Source of the DNA: Anaerolineales bacterium
GTDB lineage: Bacteria > Chloroflexota > Anaerolineae > Anaerolineales > Villigracilaceae
Direction: 5' to 3'
Length of the DNA stretch: 64,000 nt
Assembly: GCA_013360875.1 (NCBI GenBank)
Contig: JABWAU010000001.1
Coordinates: forward strand, 40,835-104,834
Below the pieces are notes generated by a model. The model saw only the letters and a list, made by a program, of their open reading frames with translations. It searched no databases and had not been told where the DNA came from. Positions 40,966-49,856 of this stretch are shown here, one piece after another. Position numbers and translations under genes: made by a program. Position 1 is the stretch's first letter. Each line of letters begins with the position of its first letter.

Positions 40966-41994
40966 ATGACGCAAACGCTTCCGAAACTCTCTCCTGAAAT
41001 GCTCGTGCCTCGCATGGGAGAATACCTCGTTCAAAAGGGACTGATTAGCGCCGAGGACCTGCAAAAAGCGCTCGACCACCAGCAGGAGGAGATGGAAAAG
41101 GGCAATCCGATCCTGCTTGGGCAGGCGCTCCTCGATCTGAACCTCATCCACCGTTCGGACCTCGACCAGGCGGTTACGGAACAGATTTTGCAATTGCGTT
41201 CCGCCCTGCAATCCGCCAACCGCGTCCTCGAACGCCGCGTGGAGGAACGCACCGCCGAATTACAAAAAGCGCTCGAACGCGTCTCCGAACTCAGCCAGTT
41301 GAAAGCCAACTTCATCGCCAACATCTCACACGAACTGCGAACGCCGCTCACGCACATCAAGGGGTATCTCGAACTGCTCATTAGCGAATCACTGGGACCC
41401 GTCACAGCGGAACAGAAACACGCCCTTCAGGTCAGCCAGCAAGCCGCGGGCAGGCTCGAAGGCTTGATCGAAGACCTAATCATGGTCTCGCTGGCTTCGC
41501 GCGGCGAATTGAGCGTCCGCCTCGAGGAAATGGACATCCGCCGCATCGCCAGCCTGGCGGTCAAATCGTTCATGGGCAGGGCGCAGGACCGCGGCGTCAA
41601 CCTGTACGCGGTCATTGACGATAACGTCCCCCTCGCACAGGGAGATTCACAGAAGATCGGCTGGGCGTTGAGTCAACTCATTGATAACGGGATCAAGTTC
41701 ACGTCCGCGGGCGGAAGCGTGGTGGTCAGCGTCAAACGCGAAGGGGAAAATCTGGTCATCGTCTCCGTCACAGACACCGGCATCGGCATCGCCCCCAACC
41801 GCCTGGAGGAAATCTTCGAGCCGTTCCACCAGTTGGACGGATCCTCCACGCGGCGTCACGGCGGCACCGGACTGGGGCTTTCGCTCGTGCGCCAGATCAT
41901 CGAGGCGCACGGCTCGATGATCGAGGTGCAATCGGTGGAAGGACGCGGCGCCACGTTCAAATTCCCATTACTGACCGTGGCGGGGAAGAAATGA
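40966..41994 (+). CDS. Cytoplasmic histidine kinase with N-terminal MshEN/T2SSE_N-like domain
   Basis: RMGEYLVQKGLISAEDLQKALDHQ and LLGQALLDLNLIHRSDLDQAVTEQ, then a coiled coil, H-box ISHELRTPL, DNGIKFTSAGG, DTGIGI and GTGLGLSLV. Confidence 0.8.
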   Translation: MTQTLPKLSPEMLVPRMGEYLVQKGLISAEDLQKALDHQQEEMEKGNPILLGQALLDLNLIHRSDLDQAVTEQILQLRSALQSANRVLERRVEERTAELQKALERVSELSQLKANFIANISHELRTPLTHIKGYLELLISESLGPVTAEQKHALQVSQQAAGRLEGLIEDLIMVSLASRGELSVRLEEMDIRRIASLAVKSFMGRAQDRGVNLYAVIDDNVPLAQGDSQKIGWALSQLIDNGIKFTSAGGSVVVSVKREGENLVIVSVTDTGIGIAPNRLEEIFEPFHQLDGSSTRRHGGTGLGLSLVRQIIEAHGSMIEVQSVEGRGATFKFPLLTVAGKK

Positions 41995-41997
41995 TCC

Positions 41998-43188
41998 ATG
42001 GATGATGGCGCCCTTTCCTTCGTGAACGAACTGTTGGGGATCATCAACGAACAGGGCGATATGCGCCTGATCGTCGAAAAATTCCTTGCCGCGCTCCGCA
42101 GGGAATTCGTGTATGACAACGTGGCAGCGTATCTCCAGGACGACCGAACGGGTTCGCTCGAGATCTTCTACGCACGCGCCATCGGGCGCGCCAAGACCGC
42201 CGAAGCCGACGCCGCCTGGGGGGAGAACATCGCCCTGCAGGTTTTCGCCAAAATGAAACCGCTCGTCCAGTCGCCCGACGCGGGTTCCGAAACGGAGGAT
42301 CGCGTCCGCCAGCCGTACCTGCTGGGGCTTCCCCTGCGTGCGGACGGGGTGGTGAACGGCGCGCTGGTCTTCGTGCGTTTTGGCGGACCCGCGTATGAGG
42401 AGAACCATATCGCCGCGGCGACGCTCGGCGCGGAACTGCTCTCGATCCTCTTCGAACGCCGCGCCTGGAGAAGGATGAACGAGGAATTGGGCGCGCTGAA
42501 ACAACAACTCCAGTTGCAGGACGATTTCGTCAGCACCGTTTCCCATGAACTGCGCACGCCGCTCGGGTTCATCAAGGGGTACAGCACCAGCCTCCTGCGC
42601 GAGGATACCTCCTGGGACCCGGAAACGCAAAAGGAATTCCTCACCATCATTGACGAGGAGGCGGATCGTCTTTCCCTGTTGATCGAGAACGTGCTCGAAT
42701 CCGCGCGCCTGCAAAGCAAGACACTCCCGCTTCGCTTCCAACCCCTCAGGCTGGATGCCGTCGTGAGGGACGTCACCGCCCGCATCCGTTCCCGTTACAA
42801 GGACCTGGATGTGACCCTCGACCTGCAATCCTCCACTCCCATCCAGGCGGACGGGGTTCGCATCGCGCAGGTCTTCGAGAACCTGTACACGAACGCGGTC
42901 AAATACGCGCCCGGCTCGCCGGTCTTCGTCGGGTTGAAGCAGATAGGGCGATCGCTGGTCGTCACGTTCACGGATCACGGTCCCGGCATTCCCCCCGAAT
43001 CCCTGCCGTTGATCTTCGAGCGTTTCTATCGCCTCCGCACCGAAAAAGCCACCGGCACCGGGCTGGGACTGTACATTTGCAAGCAGATCATCGAGGCGCA
43101 TCGTGGTAAGATTTGGGCAGAATCGAACACGAACCAGGGAACCACGTTTTTCATCCAACTGCCCATCAACCAAGTACCTAGAACGTGA
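41998..43188 (+). CDS. GAF-domain histidine kinase
   Basis: VSHELRTPL, YTNAVKYAPGS, DHGPGI, GTGLGLYIC. Starts 3 nt after the previous stop. Confidence 0.8.
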   Translation: MDDGALSFVNELLGIINEQGDMRLIVEKFLAALRREFVYDNVAAYLQDDRTGSLEIFYARAIGRAKTAEADAAWGENIALQVFAKMKPLVQSPDAGSETEDRVRQPYLLGLPLRADGVVNGALVFVRFGGPAYEENHIAAATLGAELLSILFERRAWRRMNEELGALKQQLQLQDDFVSTVSHELRTPLGFIKGYSTSLLREDTSWDPETQKEFLTIIDEEADRLSLLIENVLESARLQSKTLPLRFQPLRLDAVVRDVTARIRSRYKDLDVTLDLQSSTPIQADGVRIAQVFENLYTNAVKYAPGSPVFVGLKQIGRSLVVTFTDHGPGIPPESLPLIFERFYRLRTEKATGTGLGLYICKQIIEAHRGKIWAESNTNQGTTFFIQLPINQVPRT

Positions 43189-43199
43189 AGGAGGCTGTA

Positions 43200-43898
43200 A
43201 TGGCAAAACGCATTCTCATTGTGGACGACGAACCCCGCTACCTTCGCCTGCTGGAGGCGAACCTGCGGACGGAGGGGTACGAGGTCGTCACCGCTTCGGA
43301 CGGAGTGCAGGCTGTTGACGTTTTTTCCAATCAGCCGATTGACCTGGTCCTGATGGACGTGATGATGCCCAAACTCGACGGGTTTGGCGCCACCCAGCGC
43401 ATCCGCGAGTTTTCCAACACGCCCATCATCATCCTCACAGCCAAGGGCGACGAGCAGGATCGCGTGCGCGGCCTCGACCTGGGCGCGGACGATTACCTTG
43501 TCAAACCGTTCTCAGCCACCGAATTACTGGCGCGCGTCCGCGCCGTTTTGCGCCGCGCCCAGCCGGTTACGGAATTGGGCGGACAATCCCGTTTCTTTAC
43601 GCATGGAAACCTGAAGATTGATTTCGCCCGCGCGGAAATCTGGAAGGGCGAAACCCCCGTCTCGCTCTCCGCAACCGAATACCGCCTGTTGTTGCAGTTC
43701 GCCCATCACGTCGGCAAGATCATGTCCTCCGAGGAACTCCTCACCAGCGTTTGGGGACCCGAATATCGCACGGACAAGGAGATCCTCTGGGTGAGCATCG
43801 CACGCCTGCGACAAAAACTCGAAGACGACGCTCACAACCCAAAACATATCGTGACCCGTTCCGGGCTTGGCTACCTGATGCCCCCCATTGAAGAGTAA
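43200..43898 (+). CDS. OmpR-family response regulator (REC + winged helix)
   Basis: ILIVDDEP, DLVLMDVMMPKLDG, ILTAKG, LVKPF, EYRLLLQF...GLGYLM. GAAGGAGG RBS. Confidence 0.9.
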   Translation: MAKRILIVDDEPRYLRLLEANLRTEGYEVVTASDGVQAVDVFSNQPIDLVLMDVMMPKLDGFGATQRIREFSNTPIIILTAKGDEQDRVRGLDLGADDYLVKPFSATELLARVRAVLRRAQPVTELGGQSRFFTHGNLKIDFARAEIWKGETPVSLSATEYRLLLQFAHHVGKIMSSEELLTSVWGPEYRTDKEILWVSIARLRQKLEDDAHNPKHIVTRSGLGYLMPPIEE

Positions 43899-43917
43899 GC
43901 CGGAGGAGGAGGTTGGA

Positions 43918-45102
43918 ATGATTGGAAAAACGATCCTGATCGTGGATGAAAATCAAACCAGCCGCGCCTTCCTCTCGAATTTGATGCGGGAAAAACGATT
44001 CAACGTTCTCGAGGCTGGCTCCGGCAAGGAGGCGTTGATCGTCGCCTGGCGCGACGAACCCGACCTTGTTCTTTTCGATCCCATATTCTCCGACATGCGA
44101 GACATCGAGTTCATTCAAAAATTGCGCCAGAGCGCGCGCACCGCCAGAACGCCGCTCATCGCGCTTTCCAGCGACCCGGCGCCCGCGCGCAGGGAAGCCT
44201 GTCTGAATGCGGGCGCAAATGAATACATCGTCAAATCGTCGGGGGCGCTCGCCGCGTTGGACGAAGCGTTCGACCGCGCCTTCGGCGGCGAAGCGGTTTC
44301 AGCGGAAGTCCCGGAATCGGTTCAAAAGTCGAGGGAGAACGGATTGTTGATCGTCTTCCTGAGCGCCAAGGGGGGAACCGGCACCTCCTCCCTGTGCGCC
44401 AACCTGGCGATGAACATCAAGGACCAGAATCCGGAGGCGCGCGTGGTCGTCGTTGATCTTGTCCTGCCCATCGGTTCGATCGCGCAGATCGTCGGCTACG
44501 AGGGGAATCTGAATCTCGTCACCGCGGCAGACCTCCCGTCCGCGCAGACGAACGGGGATTATTTCCTCAGGGAACTGCCCGAGCCGGATCTCTGGAAATT
44601 CCAATTGCTGGCGGGATCGCCCGATCCGCAACATGGGAACAACCTGAAGTTCGAACGCATCGGGCAGATCGTGGATGCGCTGCGCGCCTCCTACGATTTC
44701 ATCGTCCTCGACATCGGGCGTTCGCTCTCACGCATCAGCCTGCCCCTGATCCAACAAGCCGACCTCATCTCCCTGATCGTTTCCACCGACCTCAGCACCA
44801 TCAAACTGACCGGGACGGTCTGGGAATATCTGGCTGGGCAGGGCATCGAAGACCAAAACGTCTATGCCATCCTGAACCGCGCGGTGGGGTTGGAAGGTTT
44901 GACCAAGACGGAGGCTGAGGACATCATCGGCTTCCCGATCAGGACGACGTTCCCGTACATGGGGAGCAACTTCGCGCTGGCGAACAATCTGAACCAGCCG
45001 ATCGTCACAAAATATCCCAAGGATACAGCCTCCATCATCTTCAAGGAGAGCGCGGCGGAGATGGTCAGGCTTGCGCGCCAGTTGCGCGCGCGCAAATCGT
45101 AG
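43918..45102 (+). CDS. REC domain fused to ParA/MinD-like ATPase (TadZ/CpaE architecture)
   Basis: ILIVDENQ...LVLFDP...ALSS...IVKS (full REC residue set), then FLSAKGGTGTSSLCANLA deviant Walker A. Confidence 0.7.
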   Translation: MIGKTILIVDENQTSRAFLSNLMREKRFNVLEAGSGKEALIVAWRDEPDLVLFDPIFSDMRDIEFIQKLRQSARTARTPLIALSSDPAPARREACLNAGANEYIVKSSGALAALDEAFDRAFGGEAVSAEVPESVQKSRENGLLIVFLSAKGGTGTSSLCANLAMNIKDQNPEARVVVVDLVLPIGSIAQIVGYEGNLNLVTAADLPSAQTNGDYFLRELPEPDLWKFQLLAGSPDPQHGNNLKFERIGQIVDALRASYDFIVLDIGRSLSRISLPLIQQADLISLIVSTDLSTIKLTGTVWEYLAGQGIEDQNVYAILNRAVGLEGLTKTEAEDIIGFPIRTTFPYMGSNFALANNLNQPIVTKYPKDTASIIFKESAAEMVRLARQLRARKS

Positions 45103-45218
45103 TGAGAGTCTCGATCTTCGCTGCGGCGGGAGTGCGGGGTATAGAAAAACCTGAGTTTGAGATAAGCCTTAAGGGGAGGCGGATCACGCGACAACCGCTT
45201 TGCAGCACCGCACGCTTG

Positions 45219-45252
45219 CCCTGGCGTGCAAGTGCCAGGGAGATTTATTTTG
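45219..45252 (+). terminator. Rho-independent terminator after the REC-TadZ gene
   Basis: CCCTGGC-GTGCAAGT-GCCAGGG followed by AGATTTATTTTG. Confidence 0.55.
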
Positions 45253-45419
45253 CGGTACGAGCAATCTGGATAACATCAGTTAATTAAAATGCAAAGCCGT
45301 TTCCCGCTCAATTCGACTAAACTTTTGAATACTGGAACGATCCACGCGGCTGCGGCGGCGAATTGCAATTATCGTTTTAGTGTCGCGCGCAGCCTCCGGC
45401 TCCAAGATCGAGAGGCGAT

Positions 45420-45716
45420 ATGACAATCGAATACGATGAAAAAGGAAAGATCTTTACCGATATTGTCACCAAGATTTCGGTCCCCGTGACCATCCAAACC
45501 ACGACCCATTTGATGCGCGGGCACATGCACGTACAGCGCGATCGGCGCGTGAAGGACGAACTCGACCGCCATGAGAACTTCCTTGCTTTGACCGACGTGT
45601 ATGTCCTGGGTCCCGACGGGCAGACCCTGTTCCACGCCCCGTTCCTGGCGGTGCGACGCGATCAGGTGGTGTGGGTCATGCCCGAGCCACGGTCGGATGA
45701 GGAGGCGAGTTCCTGA
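45420..45716 (+). CDS. Small hypothetical protein (98 aa), possibly Sm-like/beta-rich, translationally coupled to the CpaF-like gene
   Basis: GAGAGG RBS. Its stop TGA (45714-45716) overlaps ATG 45716 of the next gene. No family recognised. Confidence 0.5.
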   Translation: MTIEYDEKGKIFTDIVTKISVPVTIQTTTHLMRGHMHVQRDRRVKDELDRHENFLALTDVYVLGPDGQTLFHAPFLAVRRDQVVWVMPEPRSDEEASS

Positions 45717-47023
45717 TGGCAGCCACGCTCTCCAATAACCGGCTCACCTCAGCCGACCTGCTCAAATTCAAACGCTATCTCGTCGAAAACGTCAGCCGCA
45801 TGTTGGAGGGCGAATCCCTGCAACTGGGCGACCGCGCCGCGATCATCGAACAACGACTGGGCGAAGCGTACGCGCAAACCCGCGTCAACCTGCCGGAGGA
45901 CATGCGTAAACATCTCTTCAACGAGATCGTGGACGAGTTTACCGGCTACGGTCCGATCCAACCCCTGCTCGAAGATCCCGAGATCAGCGAGGTGATGGTC
46001 AACGGACCGAAGAAGGTCTTCGTCGAAAAGAACGGCAGGTTGGTGAAGAGCGGCGTCACCTTCGACGACGACGATCACGTCATGCGGATCATTGACCGCA
46101 TCATCCTGCCCCTGGGCCGCCGCGTGGACGCGGACAGTCCCACCGTGGACGCGCGCCTGCCGGACGGTTCGCGCGTGAACGCGGTGATCCGCCCCGTTGC
46201 GATTGACGGTCCCTGCATCACCATCCGCAAATTCAAGAAGGACAAGCTCTCGATCGAGGATCTGATCAAGTTCGGCTCCCTTACGAGGAACATGGCGGAG
46301 TTCCTGCGCGCCTGTGTCCATGCCCATTTGAACATCGTTGTTTCGGGCGGCACGGGCTCGGGCAAGACAACGCTTCTGAATGTGCTGTCCGGTTTCATTC
46401 CCGAAAGCGACCGCATCGTCACCATCGAAGATGCGGCGGAGTTGCAACTCCAGCAGGAACATGTCCTGCGTTTGGAGACGAAAGTGGCGAATGTGGACGG
46501 AAAGGGCGCGGTGACCATCCGCGACCTGGTGCGAAACGCATTACGTATGCGCCCGGACCGCATCGTGGTGGGCGAATGTCGCGGCGGCGAAACGCTGGAT
46601 ATGCTGCAAGCCATGAATACCGGTCACGACGGGTCGCTTACCACGCTGCATGCCAACTCGCCGCGCGACGCGCTCTCTCGCATGGAAACGATGGTGATGA
46701 TGGCGGGCATGGACCTGCCCCTCAAGGTGGTGCGCCAGCAGATCTCCTCCGCCATTGATCTGATCATCCAGCAGAGCCGCTTGAAGGACGGTTCACGCAA
46801 AGTGACCGCCATCACCGAAGTGGCGGGCATGGAGGGCGAAACCGTCGTGCTGACCGACATCTTCAAATTCGAACAAACCGGCGTGGGAGAGGATGGCAGG
46901 ATACTGGGCGAGTTGAAGGCGACCGGCATCCGCCCGATCTTTAGCCCACGGCTCGAAGCGGCGGGTTTCAAACTGGGCGGCGATATCTTCATGCCGCCCG
47001 GCGGGATCGGCCGCGGAAGGTAG
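45716..47023 (+). CDS. cpaF: CpaF/TadA-family secretion ATPase
   Basis: VSGGTGSGKTTLLN Walker A, IVTIEDAAEL, RPDRIVVGECRGGE, GHDGSLTTLHANS. Confidence 0.85.
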   Translation: MAATLSNNRLTSADLLKFKRYLVENVSRMLEGESLQLGDRAAIIEQRLGEAYAQTRVNLPEDMRKHLFNEIVDEFTGYGPIQPLLEDPEISEVMVNGPKKVFVEKNGRLVKSGVTFDDDDHVMRIIDRIILPLGRRVDADSPTVDARLPDGSRVNAVIRPVAIDGPCITIRKFKKDKLSIEDLIKFGSLTRNMAEFLRACVHAHLNIVVSGGTGSGKTTLLNVLSGFIPESDRIVTIEDAAELQLQQEHVLRLETKVANVDGKGAVTIRDLVRNALRMRPDRIVVGECRGGETLDMLQAMNTGHDGSLTTLHANSPRDALSRMETMVMMAGMDLPLKVVRQQISSAIDLIIQQSRLKDGSRKVTAITEVAGMEGETVVLTDIFKFEQTGVGEDGRILGELKATGIRPIFSPRLEAAGFKLGGDIFMPPGGIGRGR

Positions 47024-47039
47024 AACGGGACGCCTCTGC

Positions 47040-47045
47040 TATAAT
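47040..47045 (+). promoter_or_regulatory. TATAAT -10 box upstream of the double-HTH gene
   Basis: Exact TATAAT 16 nt before ATG 47062. Confidence 0.35.
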
Positions 47046-47061
47046 CGGGCATTGAGGTACC

Positions 47062-47739
47062 ATGGATAAAAAGACCCAGATCACCATTCGCTCCAAAAAG
47101 TTGGGCGTATTGATCCGCGATGCCCGGCTGGCGGCGCGCCGCAAGATCAAGGAATGCGCGGACGCGATCGGCGTCAAGAGCGGCGTTTTCCACGCCTACG
47201 AGGAGGGTCGCAAATCCCCCTCTTTGCCCGAACTGGAAACGCTCGTCTATTACCTGGACCTGCCCATTGACCATTTTTGGAGCAGGGAGATCAGGTCGAA
47301 TTCTCCGCTTCCCATCGAAACGCTCGACCTGCCCAAACTGCTGGCTGTGCGCCAGCGTAAGATCGGCGCGCTGCTCAGGCAGGAACGCACGAACGCCAGC
47401 ATTTCGATCCGCAACCTCGCGCAGGAGACGGGCATCTCCGCGGCGCGCATCAAAGCCTATGAACTGGGCGAACGCCCCATCCCGTTGCCCGAGCTGGAAG
47501 CGCTGGTCTCCGCGCTGGGTGGACGCATCGAAACCTTCTTCGACCGGAGCGGACCCATCGGGCAGTGGATGATGAACGAGGAAGCCATTCAAAACTTCCT
47601 TGACCTGCCGGAGGAGTTGCGCCAGTTCGTTTCGATGCCGGTGAACCGTCCTTACCTGGAATTGGCGGTGAAATTGAGCGCCATGTCCAGGGATAAACTG
47701 CGTTCGGTGGCGGAAGACCTGCTGGATATCACGTTATAG
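47062..47739 (+). CDS. Protein with two XRE-type helix-turn-helix domains
   Basis: Two copies of the pattern LG..IR..R......I.......G.....I.AYE.G...P.LPELE.LV..L. Confidence 0.65.
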   Translation: MDKKTQITIRSKKLGVLIRDARLAARRKIKECADAIGVKSGVFHAYEEGRKSPSLPELETLVYYLDLPIDHFWSREIRSNSPLPIETLDLPKLLAVRQRKIGALLRQERTNASISIRNLAQETGISAARIKAYELGERPIPLPELEALVSALGGRIETFFDRSGPIGQWMMNEEAIQNFLDLPEELRQFVSMPVNRPYLELAVKLSAMSRDKLRSVAEDLLDITL

Positions 47740-47747
47740 GGCTGCGC

Positions 47748-48278
47748 GTGGAAAACAACGATCCCGTTCAACTTGCCGAACAGGGCAGGCAGGCATATGC
47801 AAACGGCCACCATTTAATTGCGGCGGACCTCTTTGCGCGGTCGGCGCAGGCTTATGCCGCCGCGCAGGATGAACTGAACGCGGCGGAAATGAAGAACAAC
47901 CAGAGCGTGGCATTGTTGCAGGCGGGAAAGGCAAAGGAGGCGCTGGAGGCAACCGACGACACGGAGGCGATCTTTCAAAAAGCAGGCGATTTGAAACGCC
48001 AGGGTATTGCTGTGGGGAACCGCGCCGCCGCCCTCGAAGGACTCAAAAAATACGACGAAGCGCTGGCGGAATACGAACGCGCCGCCTCCCTGCTGGAGCA
48101 GGCGGGTGAGGGCGACATGCACTCGGTCGTCCGCAAAACTGCGGCAAACCTCAACCTCAAACGCGGACGTATCACCGCCGCGCAGATGGATGTGTACGAC
48201 TCCCTGCGTCTGGTCGAAAAGCCGAACGTCACCCAGCGCATCCTGAAATTTCTCAGACGGATCGGATTTGTCAAATAG
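47748..48278 (+). CDS. TPR-repeat protein
   Basis: GTG start. Helical repeats rich in A/L/E with TPR-like spacing (YDEALAEYERAASLLEQAG). Confidence 0.55.
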   Translation: MENNDPVQLAEQGRQAYANGHHLIAADLFARSAQAYAAAQDELNAAEMKNNQSVALLQAGKAKEALEATDDTEAIFQKAGDLKRQGIAVGNRAAALEGLKKYDEALAEYERAASLLEQAGEGDMHSVVRKTAANLNLKRGRITAAQMDVYDSLRLVEKPNVTQRILKFLRRIGFVK

Positions 48279-49138
48279 TGATCAACGTACAGGTTCGCCC
48301 GGCGGATCTCAACGATCATCAGCGGTTATCCAACCTGATCTTCTTTGAGACCCGCTCCCATCGTCACCTTGACTGGCGCTCGCCTTTGGAATGGCTGGGC
48401 GATGATTTCTTCTGGACGGTGGAGGAAGGCGCGCAACTCACAGCCGCACTGGCATGCCCCGTGGAAACGGACGGGATCGCCTGGGTGCGGCTTTTTGTTC
48501 ATGCCGGGTACTGGTCGGCGGAGAATGCCTGGACGATCTTGTGGGACGCGGCGCAGGCAGACATCGCGCGCGCGGGCGGGATGAAGGTCGCCGCCATTGT
48601 GCAACAACCCTGGTTCGAGCGAGTCCTGCAATCGAGCGGTTTCAGAAGCCGTCAGAGGATTGTGACGCTCGAGTGGTCGTATCAGCCCTGGGCGTCGCGC
48701 GAAGCGGAGGGAATCCGCATTCGAAGGATGACGGAGGCGGACCTCCCGGATGTCGCCCGTGTGGATGCCGCGTCGTTCGATCCCTTGTGGCACAACTCAC
48801 AGGAGTCTTTGCGGCGGGCGTTTTTACAATCCATGTTCGCCACCGTCGCGGAGGATGAAAGCGGCGTTATCGGCTACCAGTTGACCACAGGCTCAGGGAC
48901 GCGCGCACACCTGGCGCGGCTGGCGGTGCATCCCATCGTGCAGGGGCGCGGCGTGGGCAGGGCGCTGCTGGGGAATCTGTTTTCGTGGCTTGTGAATCAG
49001 GGCTGTCTCAAATTGTCCGTGAACACCCAGAGCGACAACCAGACCTCGTTGAAACTGTATCAGAGAATGGGTTTTTTTCGCACAGGCGAGGCATATCCCG
49101 TGTATACTTTCGATGTGCCGGCGTATTCGTCCATTTGA
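48278..49138 (+). CDS. GNAT-family N-acetyltransferase (two-lobed, RimI-like C-terminal half)
   Basis: VHPIVQGRGVGRALL (Q/RxxGxG motif) and LYQRMGF. GTG start overlaps the previous stop. Confidence 0.7.
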   Translation: MINVQVRPADLNDHQRLSNLIFFETRSHRHLDWRSPLEWLGDDFFWTVEEGAQLTAALACPVETDGIAWVRLFVHAGYWSAENAWTILWDAAQADIARAGGMKVAAIVQQPWFERVLQSSGFRSRQRIVTLEWSYQPWASREAEGIRIRRMTEADLPDVARVDAASFDPLWHNSQESLRRAFLQSMFATVAEDESGVIGYQLTTGSGTRAHLARLAVHPIVQGRGVGRALLGNLFSWLVNQGCLKLSVNTQSDNQTSLKLYQRMGFFRTGEAYPVYTFDVPAYSSI

Positions 49139-49235
49139 GGTTTTCATCCGCTGATCTGCGCTAATCTTTACCAAATAAAAAGATCGGCGGACGACATCAA
49201 GGTTTGTTGTCCCATTCTCAAGAAAAGGAGGCAGT

Positions 49236-49856
49236 ATGACAGCCCGGGAAGATGCGGTCATCATCAATTCGCTCGTGCGGCAGGCGTTGACCTCGATGCA
49301 GGAGGTGATGGGCGACAACGGTTTGAACGCCGTGCTGCGTTCGTGCAATCTCGAAAGGTTCATCGGGAATTTCCCGCCGAACGACCTGGAGCCTTCGATC
49401 AAGGCGTCGCAATATGCGCAGTTGAACCAGGCGATCGAAGACTTTTACGGACGCGGCGGCAGGGGCATGCTGCGGCGCATCGGCAAGGCTTCCTTTCAAT
49501 ACGGGGTGCGGGAACAAGCCGCGTTGCTCGGCATTGCCGGGGTCGCCTTGAAGTTACTGCCCGATAGACAGCGCATCAAGTTCATCCTGAACGGCATGGC
49601 GGATGCGTTGAAGAAGAGCAACCCGCAGGTCAACGCCTGGGTGGACGAAAGCGAAGGGAAACTCGCCTACGTCGAAGCCACGTGCGCGATATGCAACGGC
49701 CGGCACAGCGACCGTCCGATATGTTATCTTTACGTCGGCTCCGTTGCCGAGGCGGTACAATGGGCAACCGGCAAAGAGTACGAGATCGTGGAAACGCACT
49801 GCCTCGCAAAGGGCGACGAATATTGCAGGTTCGAAGTCGGAGACGTAAAGGAGTGA
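49236..49856 (+). CDS. V4R (4-vinyl reductase-like) domain protein
   Basis: CAICNG...CYLYVGSVAEAVQWATGKEYEIVETHCLAKGDEYCRFEV is a typical V4R C-terminus. AAAGGAGG RBS. Confidence 0.65.
   Translation: MTAREDAVIINSLVRQALTSMQEVMGDNGLNAVLRSCNLERFIGNFPPNDLEPSIKASQYAQLNQAIEDFYGRGGRGMLRRIGKASFQYGVREQAALLGIAGVALKLLPDRQRIKFILNGMADALKKSNPQVNAWVDESEGKLAYVEATCAICNGRHSDRPICYLYVGSVAEAVQWATGKEYEIVETHCLAKGDEYCRFEVGDVKE

Noticed and set aside
45103-45419. Flp-type pilin gene in the gap before the CpaF-like operon
   Set aside because: The 61-aa ORF (45102-45287) and a 44-aa ORF I translated (45289-45423) lack a hydrophobic pilin core and a G/xxxxEY processing motif. The first also overlaps the terminator hairpin.
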